Positions 36,545 to 50,579 are shown, counted from the whole stretch's first letter. The stretch is DNA of 60,881 bases, filler included, from Hausera hauseri (GCA_046269625.1; 10 parts of 10 records of this genome joined end to end with filler, not necessarily neighbours in it), one strand, 5' to 3'. Made by a program: numbers and translations. The notes: generated from the letters alone by a model not told the origin.

Positions 36545-37005
36545 ATGGATGTACAAGGCCAATTAATACAATTGCAACATTTTGACGAATTATCATTTGT
36601 TCAGTTGGTAACATGGTGGAAAGCAATTAACAACGACTTTGTTAAAGAAGCAAGAGATTTTGGATTTTCAAAGATTTCGCAATAATAGCTTTGATGACAA
36701 ACCAGTGTGCACTATTACAAAATCTTATTAATCTAATAGATCAAATGTGTCTTCATCGACTGTATGATACAAATTACTATAATACTATTAAAAAGGTACG
36801 TGGTAAATTAAAGACTTTAAAAAAGAAAATAAAGGACAAAGTAATAAAGTATCACTTAATGTGTTTAGTATGTAAAGAAAATAAAGCGGATACAGTATTC
36901 CTAATGCGCGGTCATCTGGTAGTATGTTTTAAATGTTCAAACGTAAAGGTATGTCCACAATATAAAACTACAATTACTGAAACTGTACAAATTTACTACA
37001 AATAA
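36545..37005 (+). pseudogene. IAP-type C3HC4 RING-finger protein (putative E3 ligase), frameshifted and degenerate
   Basis: CLVCKENKADTVFLMRGHLVVCFKCSNVKVCPQYKTTITETVQIY matches the IAP/MDM2-like C-terminal RING with two Cys lost; ATG at 36545. Confidence 0.8.
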
Positions 37006-37041
37006 AGAAACAAATAAGACTAAAATATTTATTGTACAAAA

Positions 37042-39134
37042 TTATATTGAGTAATAGTTGTAAGTCACACTCTGATTTTTCTGAAGCCACTTTCTCTTAT
37101 CGTCGAACGGGTCCAATGCCTTCTTTTTGCTGTTTATTGTCATGAGATGATGATGTTTTGTTCCGATACGCTCCTGGTCGACTGCTTTTCCATGACAATT
37201 ATAATAGTCTTGGGGAAAGTTTTCAAAATGTAAACCTGTTTGCTTCAGATTTACGCCTTTACATTTTAATACGGACTTGGTTTGCATTTTCAACGCATAA
37301 CATTTCGGTCTTAGGAAAATTCCTTTTTTGTACTTGACACTGCCTTTGCTTTCATCTTTAAACTTACCTATAACAGCCGAGAAACGAGTGAAATAAAGAG
37401 GGACACTAGTATCATAATTCGACATATCCAATTCTTCATTTAAAATCATAGCAGGTAAGCGTTGTGATCTTAAATCAACTCCACGGCAGTTGAAAAAAAG
37501 CTATCCGTGTCACCAGCAATGATATTTAATTCACAATTAAACTGGTGTCTATACTTACCCAGTTCTGTGTAATTAAGCTCATACATACGTATCTAGGAAA
37601 GATCAAATACGACCTATCTAGTAGCGCTTATCTAGTGTAACTGTGTCCTTATCAAGGAGAACAGCAACAAGATCATCAGCAATAATGATACTTTCTTTGA
37701 ACTGGGCTTTGCTGGCATATGTTACAAGCCTCTTTGCATTGTTACAAAGCCTCAAATTGGACCGTTTCATCAGATTTTCCACTGTTTTTACATATAAACT
37801 GTTATTTTTGAGCTTTAAAAAGTCCTTTTCAAAAGCACTTTTAGCAGCAGCCCTCTTTGCTGTATTAATGCTGATGTAGTCCTTAAATACATTGCCTTGA
37901 TCAAATTCAACGGCACGATGTACCTTGTCAACTACAGCGCCTAACTTGATGTATAGCTGCAAAGGCCTATAGTGTATAACATAGTTGGACTTTCGCTCAT
38001 ATGCAAGCAGCAATTTCTTTTCCCGTGAACCAGGAAAGCATTGATTAATTGGAGCTAAAGGTAGTTGATCTAAATCATAGTGCTTATCAGCCGGAATGCT
38101 CAAATCAATTTCGAAGACGAGACCACGTTTTTGTGTAACAGTGTCTACAAAAGGCAATTGTGAAATCAGACTGTTTAATTTATCTTCATCATAAATCCAA
38201 ACCAAATTTGCAAATGATAAAGGTTGAGATAAAGTCCAACCGTACAAATTATTCACATCTATATACAAGATAGTGATTCTTTAATCGGTGGTAACCCTAA
38301 GCTTTTTTACAAAAGTCATACAGCCACGAATACCAGATTGCAAAAAAACTATATATTTCAGGATCCTGAATATGCTCAATACGACATGGACTCGTTTTTA
38401 GTGCAGTTACCCAAGACAATCCTGGAATATACACGAAATTAACCGTTTCTAATTCATCATCCAACTTAACCTGCTTCTAAATCGTTCAAAAATATTACCT
38501 AAGAAGTATACATCTAGTTTCATATATACTAACATGTAATCTAAAAGCAAGCTACATCTATATCTTGACCAGGTAAGTTGAGCCTCCTGATAATCACTGT
38601 CACTAATACCATCCCATTTCGGTGGTAATTCAGAAATCGATTGCAAGTCAGTAAACGATTTGGCTGCACTGTATGGAAAAACGCCTTTACTTTAATGATA
38701 TCAGATGGAAAAGCTGTTTCAGTGAATGGATAACATTCTAAATTAAAGGCAAATGTCTTCAGTTAAGCAGGTAAAAACTGAGGCATGTCCAAAAAGAGAA
38801 TTGAAACTGCATTTTTACCTGAACATCGTATCATAGTATGCATAGTGATGAATTTTTCCGTAGTTTGTGGAATACCACTTAATTCCCAACTTCCAAATTT
38901 ACTTAATGCGTGTTTTAAAATATGATTGAGATCATATCCACGCAAATTATGGAACATAACACGTAAATTGTACATAATCTGTTGAGCCAAGTTATATTTA
39001 CTACATTCTGGGCCTAGGAATTTACCCGTAACATGAAAGTGATCTCGAACAAATTGAGAACCGTTTTCATGACAGAGGTAACAATATGTGGCGCTTTTAA
39101 ATCGAAACCATTTAGCTGTTGTTAGTGGTATCAT
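37042..39134 (-). pseudogene. Protein-primed family B DNA polymerase (Polinton/adintovirus-like)
   Basis: CYLC..VRDHFHVTGKFLG (EndoVII-like finger), FHNLRGYD, YMKLDV, YIDVNNLYG, KLKNNSLY, AGDTDS, GKFKDE, LRPKCY, DDKR; many disruptions. Confidence 0.93.
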
Positions 39135-39432
39135 TGGCTTCTTTGCATTTTTATATCAAGGGAAAACCATGCTTTTCACAATTTCCTCTAAACAAGTCAG
39201 AAACTCAACGATGGAATTTTCACCAACAAACTATATATATTAAATACCCGGTGATGAAATTAACAAAAGACCGGCTGCAGCAGGCAAATGAATATGCTTG
39301 GCCTTATCATCAGGAAACAAAACAAATTCAAANNNNNNNNNNNNNNNNNNNNNNNNNNNNNNNNNNNNNNNNNNNNTTAATTAATTAANNNNNNNNNNNN
39401 NNNNNNNNNNNNNNNNNNNNNNNNNNNNNNNN

Positions 39433-42400
39433 CCATTTCGTTTCAACTGTCATCAGAGAGGGGCCCGTGTGCTTTTGTCCTCCTTCTATCTACTGTACAC
39501 GTTAAAGTGTTGTAGAACTTCTTTTACAGCTAAAGTTTCTAATTCTGTAACAAAGTAATTCTTCTCGGTTTTCTTTAGTGATCATCCTCCATACGCGATT
39601 GGATGTTCTAGCTCTTCATCTTCTAGTTTCTGAGCTATCTCATATCCGATGCATTCTTTACTGGCATCCGTTTTAATAATAAACGGTAAGTTAAAATCGG
39701 GATATATTAAGACATGTTCGCTGGTTAGAGTCTTCTTCATTTCATTGAAAAGCTTTTTGTTTGACGTCGGTCCATTTCCACTTAATTCCCTTTCTAAGTA
39801 ATCGGTACAATGGCGCATTTATTTTCGAATTATTTGGCACATAAACCTAGCCAATGTCTAAACTCCTTTTGATTCTGAGGTTCCATGCAATCTGATATTT
39901 TGTTTTGTTTGATATATCCTCCATCTCGATCTATATGTCCAAGATAAGATACTGCATTTTGAGCCCATTTACATTTCTTAGTACTCAGTTTCAATCCGGC
40001 TTGTTTCACTCTCATGAGTGTGTCCTCAATATCCTTTAAATGTTCTTCTTCCGTTTTGACTCAATCATTACTTCGTCCAGGTACGCAAACGCGTGCAGTT
40101 GTAAAGCAATCTTCCTCCTCGATTTCCACTTGCAAGTATCTAGATTGCAAATTTAATGTGGTAAACCAATTTGATCTCGCTAGCCTATCCAGAACTCATT
40201 TTACTGATGATAATTGGAAGAAGTCTTTCATCATAAGGATATTTAGCGCTTGATAATCGATACAAAATCGATGTTTTGCAGTACCTTTCTTTATAACCAT
40301 AAGTATGTGCGAATACCAAGATCTATAGCTTGGTCTAATTATGTCGGCCTTCACCATACGTTCAACTTCCTTTGTTATCTCGGGTCTTAGTGATTGTGGA
40401 GGAGGATACCATTTCGGCGTCATTTGATCTTCTAAATTTATTTTATTATTTGTGCCAAGCTTTTTCTTAAGAGGAATTGTTTGTCTCAAGGTTTTGGCTC
40501 TGCCAATGTCTTCATCGTCTTTAGCGATGACTCAGCTATAACAACAAAGTTATTCGTAAAATCGACAATATGATTCCGGTGAGAATTTAGTTTCGACGTG
40601 AGGTGGGAATTTGGCACATTTATAGGGTTTTTCTTCAATACGTATCAGTGATGATCTGTATGTATGACCCAAAGTGGTATTGGCGTAGAGTTTGATCGGA
40701 GTTGGTGCGTTATTAGCTATTCTGTTTGGACACGACCTGTTGACACTCTTGTTAATACATTACCGATAGCAATGTTTGGGTTTAATGACTCATTTGGCTC
40801 AAAATATACTGGTTGGTCGTCATCTTGACGGATCTGAGCATATATTTACACTTCAGTTCTAGGCGAAATGTTCTTGTCCACTGGTATCCATACGTCTTCA
40901 AATTGCCTATCGTTGGTAGTTTTAACCCTTTTATGGGACCGAGTTCTATTCTTTTTCCTGCATGAAAGTCTATTGCTACATTTGGTAGTTGTCTCAACAG
41001 GTGGCATCCGAAAACTACATTATCCGTTAACTGTTCCATTACTGTGAATTCATGGTGAAAAAATTGTACCATTATGCGAATTTCTAAGTTCCATCGATAT
41101 TTACTTTTCAATGATTGTCCGAAAGCTCCAATACTTCCTGGATCCGTTGTCGAGGCGGATATAATTATTTTCGTAAGAACTGTGTCATAGAGTCATGCGT
41201 TATCAGTGATATCTCGAACTCTGTGTCTATCGGTGCATAAACTTCCAAATCTTCTAACCGAATTTTCGCGAAGGGTCTACCTTCTATTACCGTACCATAG
41301 TTATTTAGTGCTATTTTTGGATGTTGAATCGTTGACACCTTATAGTCGTTAATTGTAACTTCCGTGGTTGCAACTGGCTGGTCTATTAACTATCTTAGTT
41401 CTCCATTTGGATACAGTTCATTGTTCGCTCAGTTGACGTTTTCCGTTTTCTGACTTGTAACTGGTAACTGAATTTTTTGGTTTCTTGAAAATGTTAATCG
41501 TATTTCGTTCGTTATGAGTATTCTAGGTGAACAAAGTATTCCGTGGTCATCGACTGCTGAACGACGATACGGAGCAGATGTTATTTTCGTTTTGTGCATT
41601 TTGCGTAATACATCGTAGTGTTTTGTTCCTTGATAAAGATCATCCATGCTGAATGGTTTTCTTTAGATATCTGTTTGGTATGAGCTCATAGATTCTCTTC
41701 TTTTGTTTTCGAGATAATATCCTTACTATTTATATAACGTTTTCCCGTCGTTTCGTTAAACTGCAATCGTTAAATTGCAATCGGTCTTGGCTGGAGGTTC
41801 CCAAATTACTACTGAACTTCTGAAAGTGCAAGTGCCATCTTGATTATAGAACTTTTGATATTCAGTGTAAAGTTTGGTAACGCTATGAAACATCACTTTT
41901 TCTGCGCGAATCTCGGTTTCGTAGAAGTCTACTGCCACTATGTTCGGTTCTAATTCTTTTCAAGTATCATATTCCGCACCGTTACAGCGTGCGGTATGCA
42001 TATCTAGTCTTCCTCCTGCTACTTTATATGCTCTGATTATTTTTCTTCCTGCATTTCTAGTTCCATGCCGTCCCATTTCAGCCTGCGTACCTGTCTCTTT
42101 AGCTTGCTTACAATACTGGCGTTCATTGGAATTGGCGGGGTCGCTGACTTGACTGTAGATGAATGTCCGTGTATTAGTCCACAATGGAAGATACTACGAG
42201 ATTGTCGCAACATACTATCAATTCCATCTAACGGAACTAGTTCTCGTTGTTGGTACAATATGTAGTTTTTCTCCCTTGTTTCTAATTTATGCGGTCTTGC
42301 ATTGTCGCATATTTTCAAATCCATTAAATGAGTATTTGTGGCCAAGTTTAAACGTGTCGCAGTCGTATGTTGTAACAGCGCCCATTTGCCTTATTAACAT

Positions 42401-45400
42401 CATGACAATTAGAAAGTTAACTAGCCAGTTCGATTCGTTTCCTTGAGTATTTCCGGTTAGGTTCCCTAACTTGTCCTCAAGTCTACTATTGCTATTGCTA
42501 GATGAAGGTCTATTTCGACGTTCTTTTTCTATTTCAATTAGTTTGGACCAGTTTACGTCTCTAGGTATTTTTCTGGCGGTTTTTCGCGCTAAGCTACTGG
42601 CTCTTTCAAAGTCATTTTTTCGAGTTGGGTTGGTTTTAATGGCCATGTACAATAATACTTTTCTTAATTCTTCTGTATTATTCTCTATTATGATTTTTTT
42701 ATCACTGTTTCATCGGTTAAGATGCTTTTCGATAATCTACAGTGGAAATTCCTTGTTGTTCTGGTTTCATTATATATAGATTTCTCTTTTTCATCTAATA
42801 TATCGCAAGAAAGACTAGAATGGTTTACTATGCGTATCAAATTATTCATAAGTTCATTTAGCTCTTCATTTTCAGCACTGAAAGTAGGTATGGACATTTG
42901 TCTTAATCCCCTAATCAAGTCGCCATTGTAGTTGATTTCTTCTCGAATTTTTCATGGCCTATAGACAGGGCGTTTCTGTTCCGTCATAACTGTTACGGCC
43001 CCACTGGGTGGTACTAAGTTCTTATCATACTGTTCTTTGTCTTCGTTTGTTGCTAGGTATTCTTAGTACATTACTACATATCGAACTCCCATAACTCGTT
43101 CCACACACTGATCAGTTTTAGCCTTTCGTGTGGCTTCTTCTTTTGTTTTCTACGTAGTGACCGCTGCTACTATTCGATTTGATTCGTCTGGGATAATTCC
43201 GACGTCAAGTTCGTCTAATATCTTACCTCTAAACTAGAGTCCATAATTTAGTTTATTTCCACCACTATTTCCTATTAGCCACTGTATTGCATCTCTTACA
43301 TAGCAGTGTGTAGTAAACTCACATTCCTTTTCGTCCATCTATTCAGATGGCATCCTTACTTTAATCGCTTCCTCGGATTTCGCCCTTAAGATTTTAGCGT
43401 ATTCCTTTACGGCATTATAAATTGTACCTCGCTAGATAATTTAGTTAAGGTAGGAACTAATTCTCTTAGCTTATTTTCGGTAAGGTTTACGTTACTTAAC
43501 CTAATTAAATCTTTTTCAGCTTGCGCTGAGTCTAGAGAAATTTCCACACTGAATCTCCGATCTGGCAGGCACGTCTCCGTTTTGTGTAAATATACAGGAG
43601 TTTTCGGATTCTCCGCAATTACTGCATTCAGATGCGCATTCCATTCATTTTCATTTTTGGGCAGTCCAAAATCAATTATCGGCGTTTCTATTGGTCGTAC
43701 TTTGTGCGCATCCTTTATAGATTCTCTTAATTCGCGTAGCTTTTGTTGCATTATACACATTTGTGTCGTTCGTCAATTTCCGGATGTTTGATGTAATAGT
43801 GTTAGCAACTGGCATAATTCCCCGGCTTGGATCAATCCCTTTTCTTGATATTTAGTTAGTTCAGAGGCTATGTCCCTTCTCCATCTTTGCAAAAACCGTG
43901 ACTTTTCAGCTTTTTCCGTCTCTGTAAGAGCATATTTATTTCTACAGATTTCGAGCTCTTTGGTTAGTTCCTCTAATCTTATCGCTCTCTGTTTGGTTTT
44001 AATGCACGTTTCTTTTACTTGTCGCATTTGAAGCATTAATTGTCTTATTTTCTCATCACTAATTTGCCATTTCTACAATTAGTAGTGCTAACTCATATAT
44101 CTAGGTAATAATTTTCGAGTCTGAGTCTATTGCATCAAGCAGTTTCTTAACAAGCTTACCTTCCTCAAGACTGAGACGGTGGCGTTTTTTATTTTTGTCA
44201 TTACGGTATGACACATTTGATCTGTCCCAATCATCCATTCTTGAATTTTGTGTAGGAATTTCATTGCTTCCCCTATAGCTGATCAATGTTCTGGACAAAT
44301 ATCTGAAGTTTCTGGATCCCGAATTGAGATTTCATCGATAAGTTTAGCTGTCAAATGTTGGATTACTTCTAGGCGAATGTTTCTTAATTTCGGATAAAAT
44401 TTACAAGTCATCTTCTGCTTTTCTATGAAGTTTCTTTCTTTGATCATTTTATATATATCCTCCAATATTGTCATTTCTTGTTTTTCTTTCATAAAGTTTA
44501 ATTGACGTTATGCATCAAATTGGGACCTGATATCTATTTCCGCTGTCATTGTATCTAGATTTCGTGAGTTTTTTTACTAGTTGTTTCTTTACTTGAGGCT
44601 CGCTTTCTGGAAATTCTTTTATACGGCTTTCTACTAGTTTACTCACATCATTATTACTCTGGACCATTTATTTAATTGACTAGCGATTACTTGTTTTCCA
44701 GTATTGCTTTGTCTAGCATTTTGTAAGCATCTTCCATTTCATCACATGGACCTTTGTTGAAACCAGTGATCTGGTTGAAGTAGTTGAATTGATCTTTATA
44801 CTCGTCAAATTTAAGGATACAGGCCTTAATTACATTTCGGGTTTCGTCATTGTTCATGTGCATAATTCTATTCCTCAAATTGTTTATTTGCAATCTTTTT
44901 TCGGTTTTAATCTTAATACCATTTTCCAGACATATATTGTTTCGATGCGGTGGAAGCGATTTTTATCATCGCCATTAAGGAAGGAATATCTATTGAGTCT
45001 ATTCCTAACATTTCTAGATCAATTTCGTTTCGTTTTTTGATCGGTTTTTCATCGAGTTGCTCAACCATTTCGAATCTAATTTCATTAATGACGCGATCTT
45101 TTTAGTTTCGGTTTGGCTTCTAATGTAGTCAATAATGTTTGGGCTTTTTTATTCTTACTTTGACGTCCTCTGTGTATTTGTTCCATGCCTCTGGAAATTT
45201 GACTCCACTTTTTATCCACGTTTCTAATTCGTGTTTTTATTTTGTAAACGTTTCTGGTGACACTTCCTCAGATTGCTCTAGGTCTATAGCTTCGCTTAAT
45301 TTTCCTTCACTACATTACTTCACTTTTTGTATAATCTGTATACAAACTGCTGCTGTTTACCAGAAATGTCTACGTGGTAGCCCATTTCTTTAAGTTTCTC

Positions 45401-45920
45401 TAGATTCTGGTGAAATACTTCCGTGTCGAGGCAAGTAATTCTCATTCTGTTTAATTCATCGGCATTTTTCCACGAACGCCTAATTTTCCACTGTTTATGA
45501 TCAAACCTCTCACTTGGTTCTGTTTCTTCTTCATTAGTAGGTAATGGGCATATATAATTTATTTCATTTATGGAATTGTTAATTCTTCTATTCCAACAGG
45601 CGTGAAAAAATTAATTTCCGAGGTATTCAGACTGAACTCTACATCACTTCCTAAAGAGATTTCAGTTTCTTTCATTTAATTTTACTTTAGTCATCGAAGA
45701 TCGTGAACGATCTTTACGTTTTCGCTTTAATAACGGGCTACGGACTCTATTCTTTGTAATTTTAAGTTTTAGTGGTTCCAAAAATTCTTTTTCTTCGCCA
45801 ACTTCTACAGTTTTCTTTACCTTTTCTACCATATATTCCGGTTCTGAGTCTAAGTTTACTTCATTCGAAGTTTCGGGTTTTTCTGATTTCTCTGTTTCTT
45901 TTCGTTCTTTTCCTTTCTAG
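39433..45920 (-). mobile_element. Env-before-pol Ty3/gypsy-type element: long coiled-coil ORF, UBL (~43370-43150), chuvirus-like glycoprotein (~42445-41720), protease (~41300-40950), RT (~40500-39830), RNase H (~39730-39500)
   Basis: NYGL*FRGKILDE (UBL); NWLVNFLIVMML..TTYDC..FHCGLIHGHSS..CNGAEY..CTFRSSVVIWE (glycoprotein); APIDTEFEISLI (PR); RFCIDYQALN, AYLDEV, LKLSTKKC (RT); PDFNLPFIIKTDASKECIG, ELETLAV (RNase H). Confidence 0.9.
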
Positions 45921-46010
45921 ACAGATCCTCACTACAGCATACTGTCACTGCTGCTCTTCCTCTCAGATTCTCCCTTAAACACAAAGTGATGCAGAAACGG
46001 CAGCAACTCA

Positions 46011-46341
<331 letters not shown>

Positions 46342-47589
46342 CTAAAGTGAGTAATGCAGAGAAAAGTTAGAGAGACTGGTTTATGGGAATACAGTGACAG
46401 TATTGACAGACAATCCTGGTCAAACATATCCTCTTGACAGGGCCGTGCAGAGACCTCTAAAGGGGCAGGGGCTCAAAGTAAAAAAAGGGCATAAATTGTT
46501 CCGACGGTACCGCATTGTAGGGTGGAACATAAGCATGAATCTCACACACCACTTAAAGTTCCAATAGTAAGCATGGAGAGATGAACCAAATCTAGGGGAA
46601 AATAAAATATTTAACACACATGTTAAATATTAACATGTACATACATGTTAAATATTTCATTTATTTATTTTCACTCTGCAGGACTCCTTTCATTATAGTG
46701 AAGTATTGAGATATTTCAAACCTGCACATGAGCAACATATGTCAAATAGAGAGTTAGACCAGCTGACAGATTTTGATCTTACACACAATCCTCCAAGCAA
46801 AAAGTCTGTATTAGTCACACGATCCAACTAGAGGGGCTGAGAAGAGGACTGTCGACCGCGAGGAAAGCCAGAACTCAGGGCAGAGATAACAGCACCTGCA
46901 GCAGGGAGGAGGATGGGGAGAGGTGGCTAACTTATTTTTAGCAACAGAGCGGGTTGGGAGATGGTTATTTAAATGTATTTATTGTTTTTTTTTTTTTTTT
47001 TTTTTTTTACGTCCCACAGGCTCTGCAACATTAAATAAATTTGATTAGAAAACCTGAATTTGAATACATTTTAAATAAAGCAAGGCATCTATTTTAAACT
47101 AATGTTTCATCATATAGGTAATAACTCTTAGGGTGTTTTATTTGACATCACCATCATAGTGCTGGATTGTGTTGCCATTGTTAAGACAACAGTTTACTTT
47201 AATTACTGAAGTGGTTGAGTAACCATTCATAACATTGCACTGATAACTGACGTACGTTTAAACTTTCACTTTAAGTTATTTTTCCAGCAAAATAGGCATA
47301 AAAGAATTGTCTGATGCTCTTATCTAGAAACGTATTAGCCTTGAGTATAAAGTTGTAGTGGCAAAACAGTTATAAGATTATTTAGGATCTCAAGATATTT
47401 TCAAGCACAATTTTTTAACGGTACTTTCCCTGAAAATAAACAACTGTGACTTAACAAACATTACTCCATTTTCCCGCACAACATTTTAGAATCCATAGAA
47501 GAATTATATTATCGCATTGACAACATGTGGTGTTCACAGGTAGTCAAAGGGTCCTTTTTTCATACATCGATTGATTTATACATCATTTA

Positions 47590-47923
47590 CAGGTTGGTCC
47601 AAAATTATAGCAACTTTGGTTTGGCCAAATTTTTAAGAAAATGCAACAACCGTTTATAAATTAATAATCTTTATTGGTTTTCAAACAAAAATAGGTTGCA
47701 TCGAGTTCCTCTCAAGATACTAAAACTATTTCTTCAAATATTCGTTTTTATGGAGTTTTCAGTTAGCCATTGCTTCTCAGACTGTCCAAACAGAATAATC
47801 GAGTGGGTTAAGATCTGGTAAACATGGTGGCCACTCAGAAAAGCTCACAAAGATCGGACAGATTTTGGCGACACCAGTCCTGAACTCGTTGGGCTTTGTG
47901 GTCTGGAGTCCCATCTTGTGGAG
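47590..47923 (-). mobile_element. Tc1/mariner 3' end fragment
   Basis: TA|CAGGTTGGTCCAAAA terminus; minus strand encodes QDGTPDHKA..EWPPCLPDLNPLDYSVW. Confidence 0.85.
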
Positions 47924-49187
47924 NNNNNNNNNNNNNNNNNNNNNNNNNNNNNNNNNNNNNNNNNNNNTTAATTAATTAANNNNNNNNNNNNNNNNNNNNN
48001 NNNNNNNNNNNNNNNNNNNNNNNTTCAAGAGTACCATGATACTGGCAAACTACATTTTCTAGAATATATTATTACATTTAAAAGTATTAAAATATTTTTA
48101 TCTGCAATTTTTTTTTATGAGTTAGGCCTAATTAGGCCTTAAACATCATTAAAGATGTTAATTTTTCTTTGTAAAATAATTCAAATTATGCAAAAGTAAT
48201 TACTGTTTAATTCTTTAAATTATTTTTAAAATAACCATGCAATTTTTTTTATGGAACAAACACACACATTGTTAAATTATGATTATTTTCACAGTTATCT
48301 GCATCCAAATACAAAGGTATCAAAGATACTTTTGGTCAAAATAGGCATACATAAAACCACATTAGAAAGTGTTAAAACAACAAAACAGAATTTTATTAAC
48401 ACTGTTCTTCAGCAAAAAAACATATGATTTATATACTTATTTAAAAGACAAACTACTACTAAAATGTTCAGAAAATTTTCAGAACCTTATTTCAGCAGTA
48501 TAGCACAATAGTATTATGTGTAGTAGAAAAGGAACTTCACAATGGAATTTTTTTTAGATTCTAAGATGTATGTGCATGCAGGGTTATTTGCACATCTACT
48601 ACATTTTATGATTGGTCTCTTTCAACAGATTGGTATAACTGCCCTTAACCACTTAATAAATTGAAAGCTCTGAAAACAGTTTGGCAGTATGTAATATCCA
48701 TTTCAGAAATGACATAAGAAAATTCAAATCACAGATTCTGATTCTTTTGAAGAACAACAAAGTCAATCCATGGATTCATGCTTTAAAAAAAAAAAAAAAT
48801 GTTTATTATAAAATACTATGTTTTAATGTGAGGTCAGAGTTTGAAGAAATAACACTGAAAAAAAAAGGGGGGGGGGAATAAAGCTGATTTTTTTTCGTTC
48901 ACCTAATTATTAATTATATTTCATTACTCCCTAAATTCAAACTTTATTACAGTTAATATCATCAAGTCACCACCCTGCTTAAGTTGTTAACAACTCTTTG
49001 CTGTTTCAGTGACAACTTATCTAGGTTTTACTGTATACAGAATTATTCTACCGGAATGCAATAAAATGATATAAACATTATACATAAACAATGCAAGATA
49101 AATTAATACTTACCTTATTTAAGATTAATCATCAAATTTCAAATCATATAACTTTGAGTTTTTTTAAGCATGAACATTTAACATTAC

Positions 49188-50121
49188 GGGTGATCCGGAG
49201 AATCTACCCCTTATTTGCCAACGCGTGATATCGCGCCAAATCTGACTGACCTTGTTTCTAATTGAAATTGTGGCAGAGGAGAGCTATTCTTTCTTCTGCG
49301 TTGTGATTGGTTGTAATTTCTCTAGGGCTAAATTTGAAGTATTAAATTAAATTTTAATTTTAATTAACGTACTTTTTGGATTAGCGTCTGTTGAATGTGG
49401 TATTGCCGGCTGCCCGAGGTATTTTATTTTATTATTCTTCGATTTTTTCGAAATTTATATTTGATAGATAACGACTATGGCTTCTAATGTGTTTGTTGAT
49501 TATAAGAAAAGTTTGTCTCTGTAAGTCAATTTTTTAAAATCTGTTTTTACAATTTTTCTATGTATTTTACTTTTCTCCTGTTCAGAATTGCGCGTAGCTG
49601 TACGAGATCACTTCTGTGTTTCTTTAGTTAGCTTAAATTTAAAATTTGTAATGTTTTTTTTTTAAATCTATTTTTACAGTTTTTCTATGTATTTTACTTT
49701 TCTCCTGTTCAGAATTGCGCGTAGCTGTACGAAATCACTTGTGTGTTTCTTTAGTTAGCTTAAATTTAAAATTTTTAACGTTTTTTTTTTTCTTTTTAAT
49801 CTATTTTTATAGTTTTTTTTTATGTATTTTACTTTTCTCCTGTTCAGAATTCCACAAAGCTCTACGAGATCACTTGTGTGTTTCTTTAGTTAGCTTAAAT
49901 TTAAAATTTTTAACGTTTTTTTAAATCAATTTTTATAGTTTTTCTATAAATTTAAAATTTTTAACGTTTTTTCTTGTATTTCTGTCGCCATCTTGATTTC
50001 CGCGCTCTTCCGTTTTCTCTCTTGGAAGGTTTCATTCCTCCCAGGGAGTAAACGCAAGAGCGCGGCGATTTGGCGATTTTTGAAAATTGCGCCAAGCAGG
50101 GGGAGATTCTCCGGTCGCACC
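49188..50121. mobile_element. Non-autonomous DNA transposon with GG...CC TIRs and 8-bp TSD (Merlin- or Mutator-like), containing three ~130-bp internal tandem repeats
   Basis: TIRs GGGTGATCCGGAGAATCTACCCC and GGTGCGACCGGAGAATCTCCCCC (reverse complement). TSD AACATTAC at 49180-49187 and 50122-50129. TTCAGAATT recurs at 49581, 49708 and 49843. Confidence 0.85.
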
Positions 50122-50579
50122 AACATTACTTTTCAAAACAATGTCAACAATTATTAAATCATAGTTTATCTAAAATATCAATTATTTTGTCAATATCTGC
50201 ATTATCTACTTAAAGGTTTGGTTTGGTTTATCGCACTATGGTCTTATGTCATCACACATGTCTACTTAAAGGAAATTTTAAAATTGAAATTTTTAGATTA
50301 AATTTTCCATAAGCAGTTTTAGAACAACTAAAGTTCATCATGTACTAGATTTTGTGAGGATGTCTGGTTTGTGACTCCTTAACTCTATAGCCCAGCATTT
50401 AAAACTCCTAATCCAGTTAGGACCTGCCATTGTTTATTATTTTTTTTAATTTGGGTTAATTTCAAGGCCATTAAACATACAGTAATAATAAACATAAATT
50501 TTTACAGTGTACAGAAATAAAATTATTGAAATTTATTAACATTAAACATATATTTTGTTGTTGAATAAAAAGAAAAAAA

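Larger units (their letters stand above)
35934..39134. mobile_element. Left end of a Polinton/adintovirus-like element: AGTAGATAGA terminus, CCAAT-rich repeats, RING gene (+), PolB (-)
   Basis: The terminal 10-mer is the exact reverse complement of the 5021-5030 end; gene content listed separately. Confidence 0.65.

Noticed and set aside
46600-46660. AT-rich hairpins in the chkb intron
   Set aside because: Short low-complexity palindromes with no further support.
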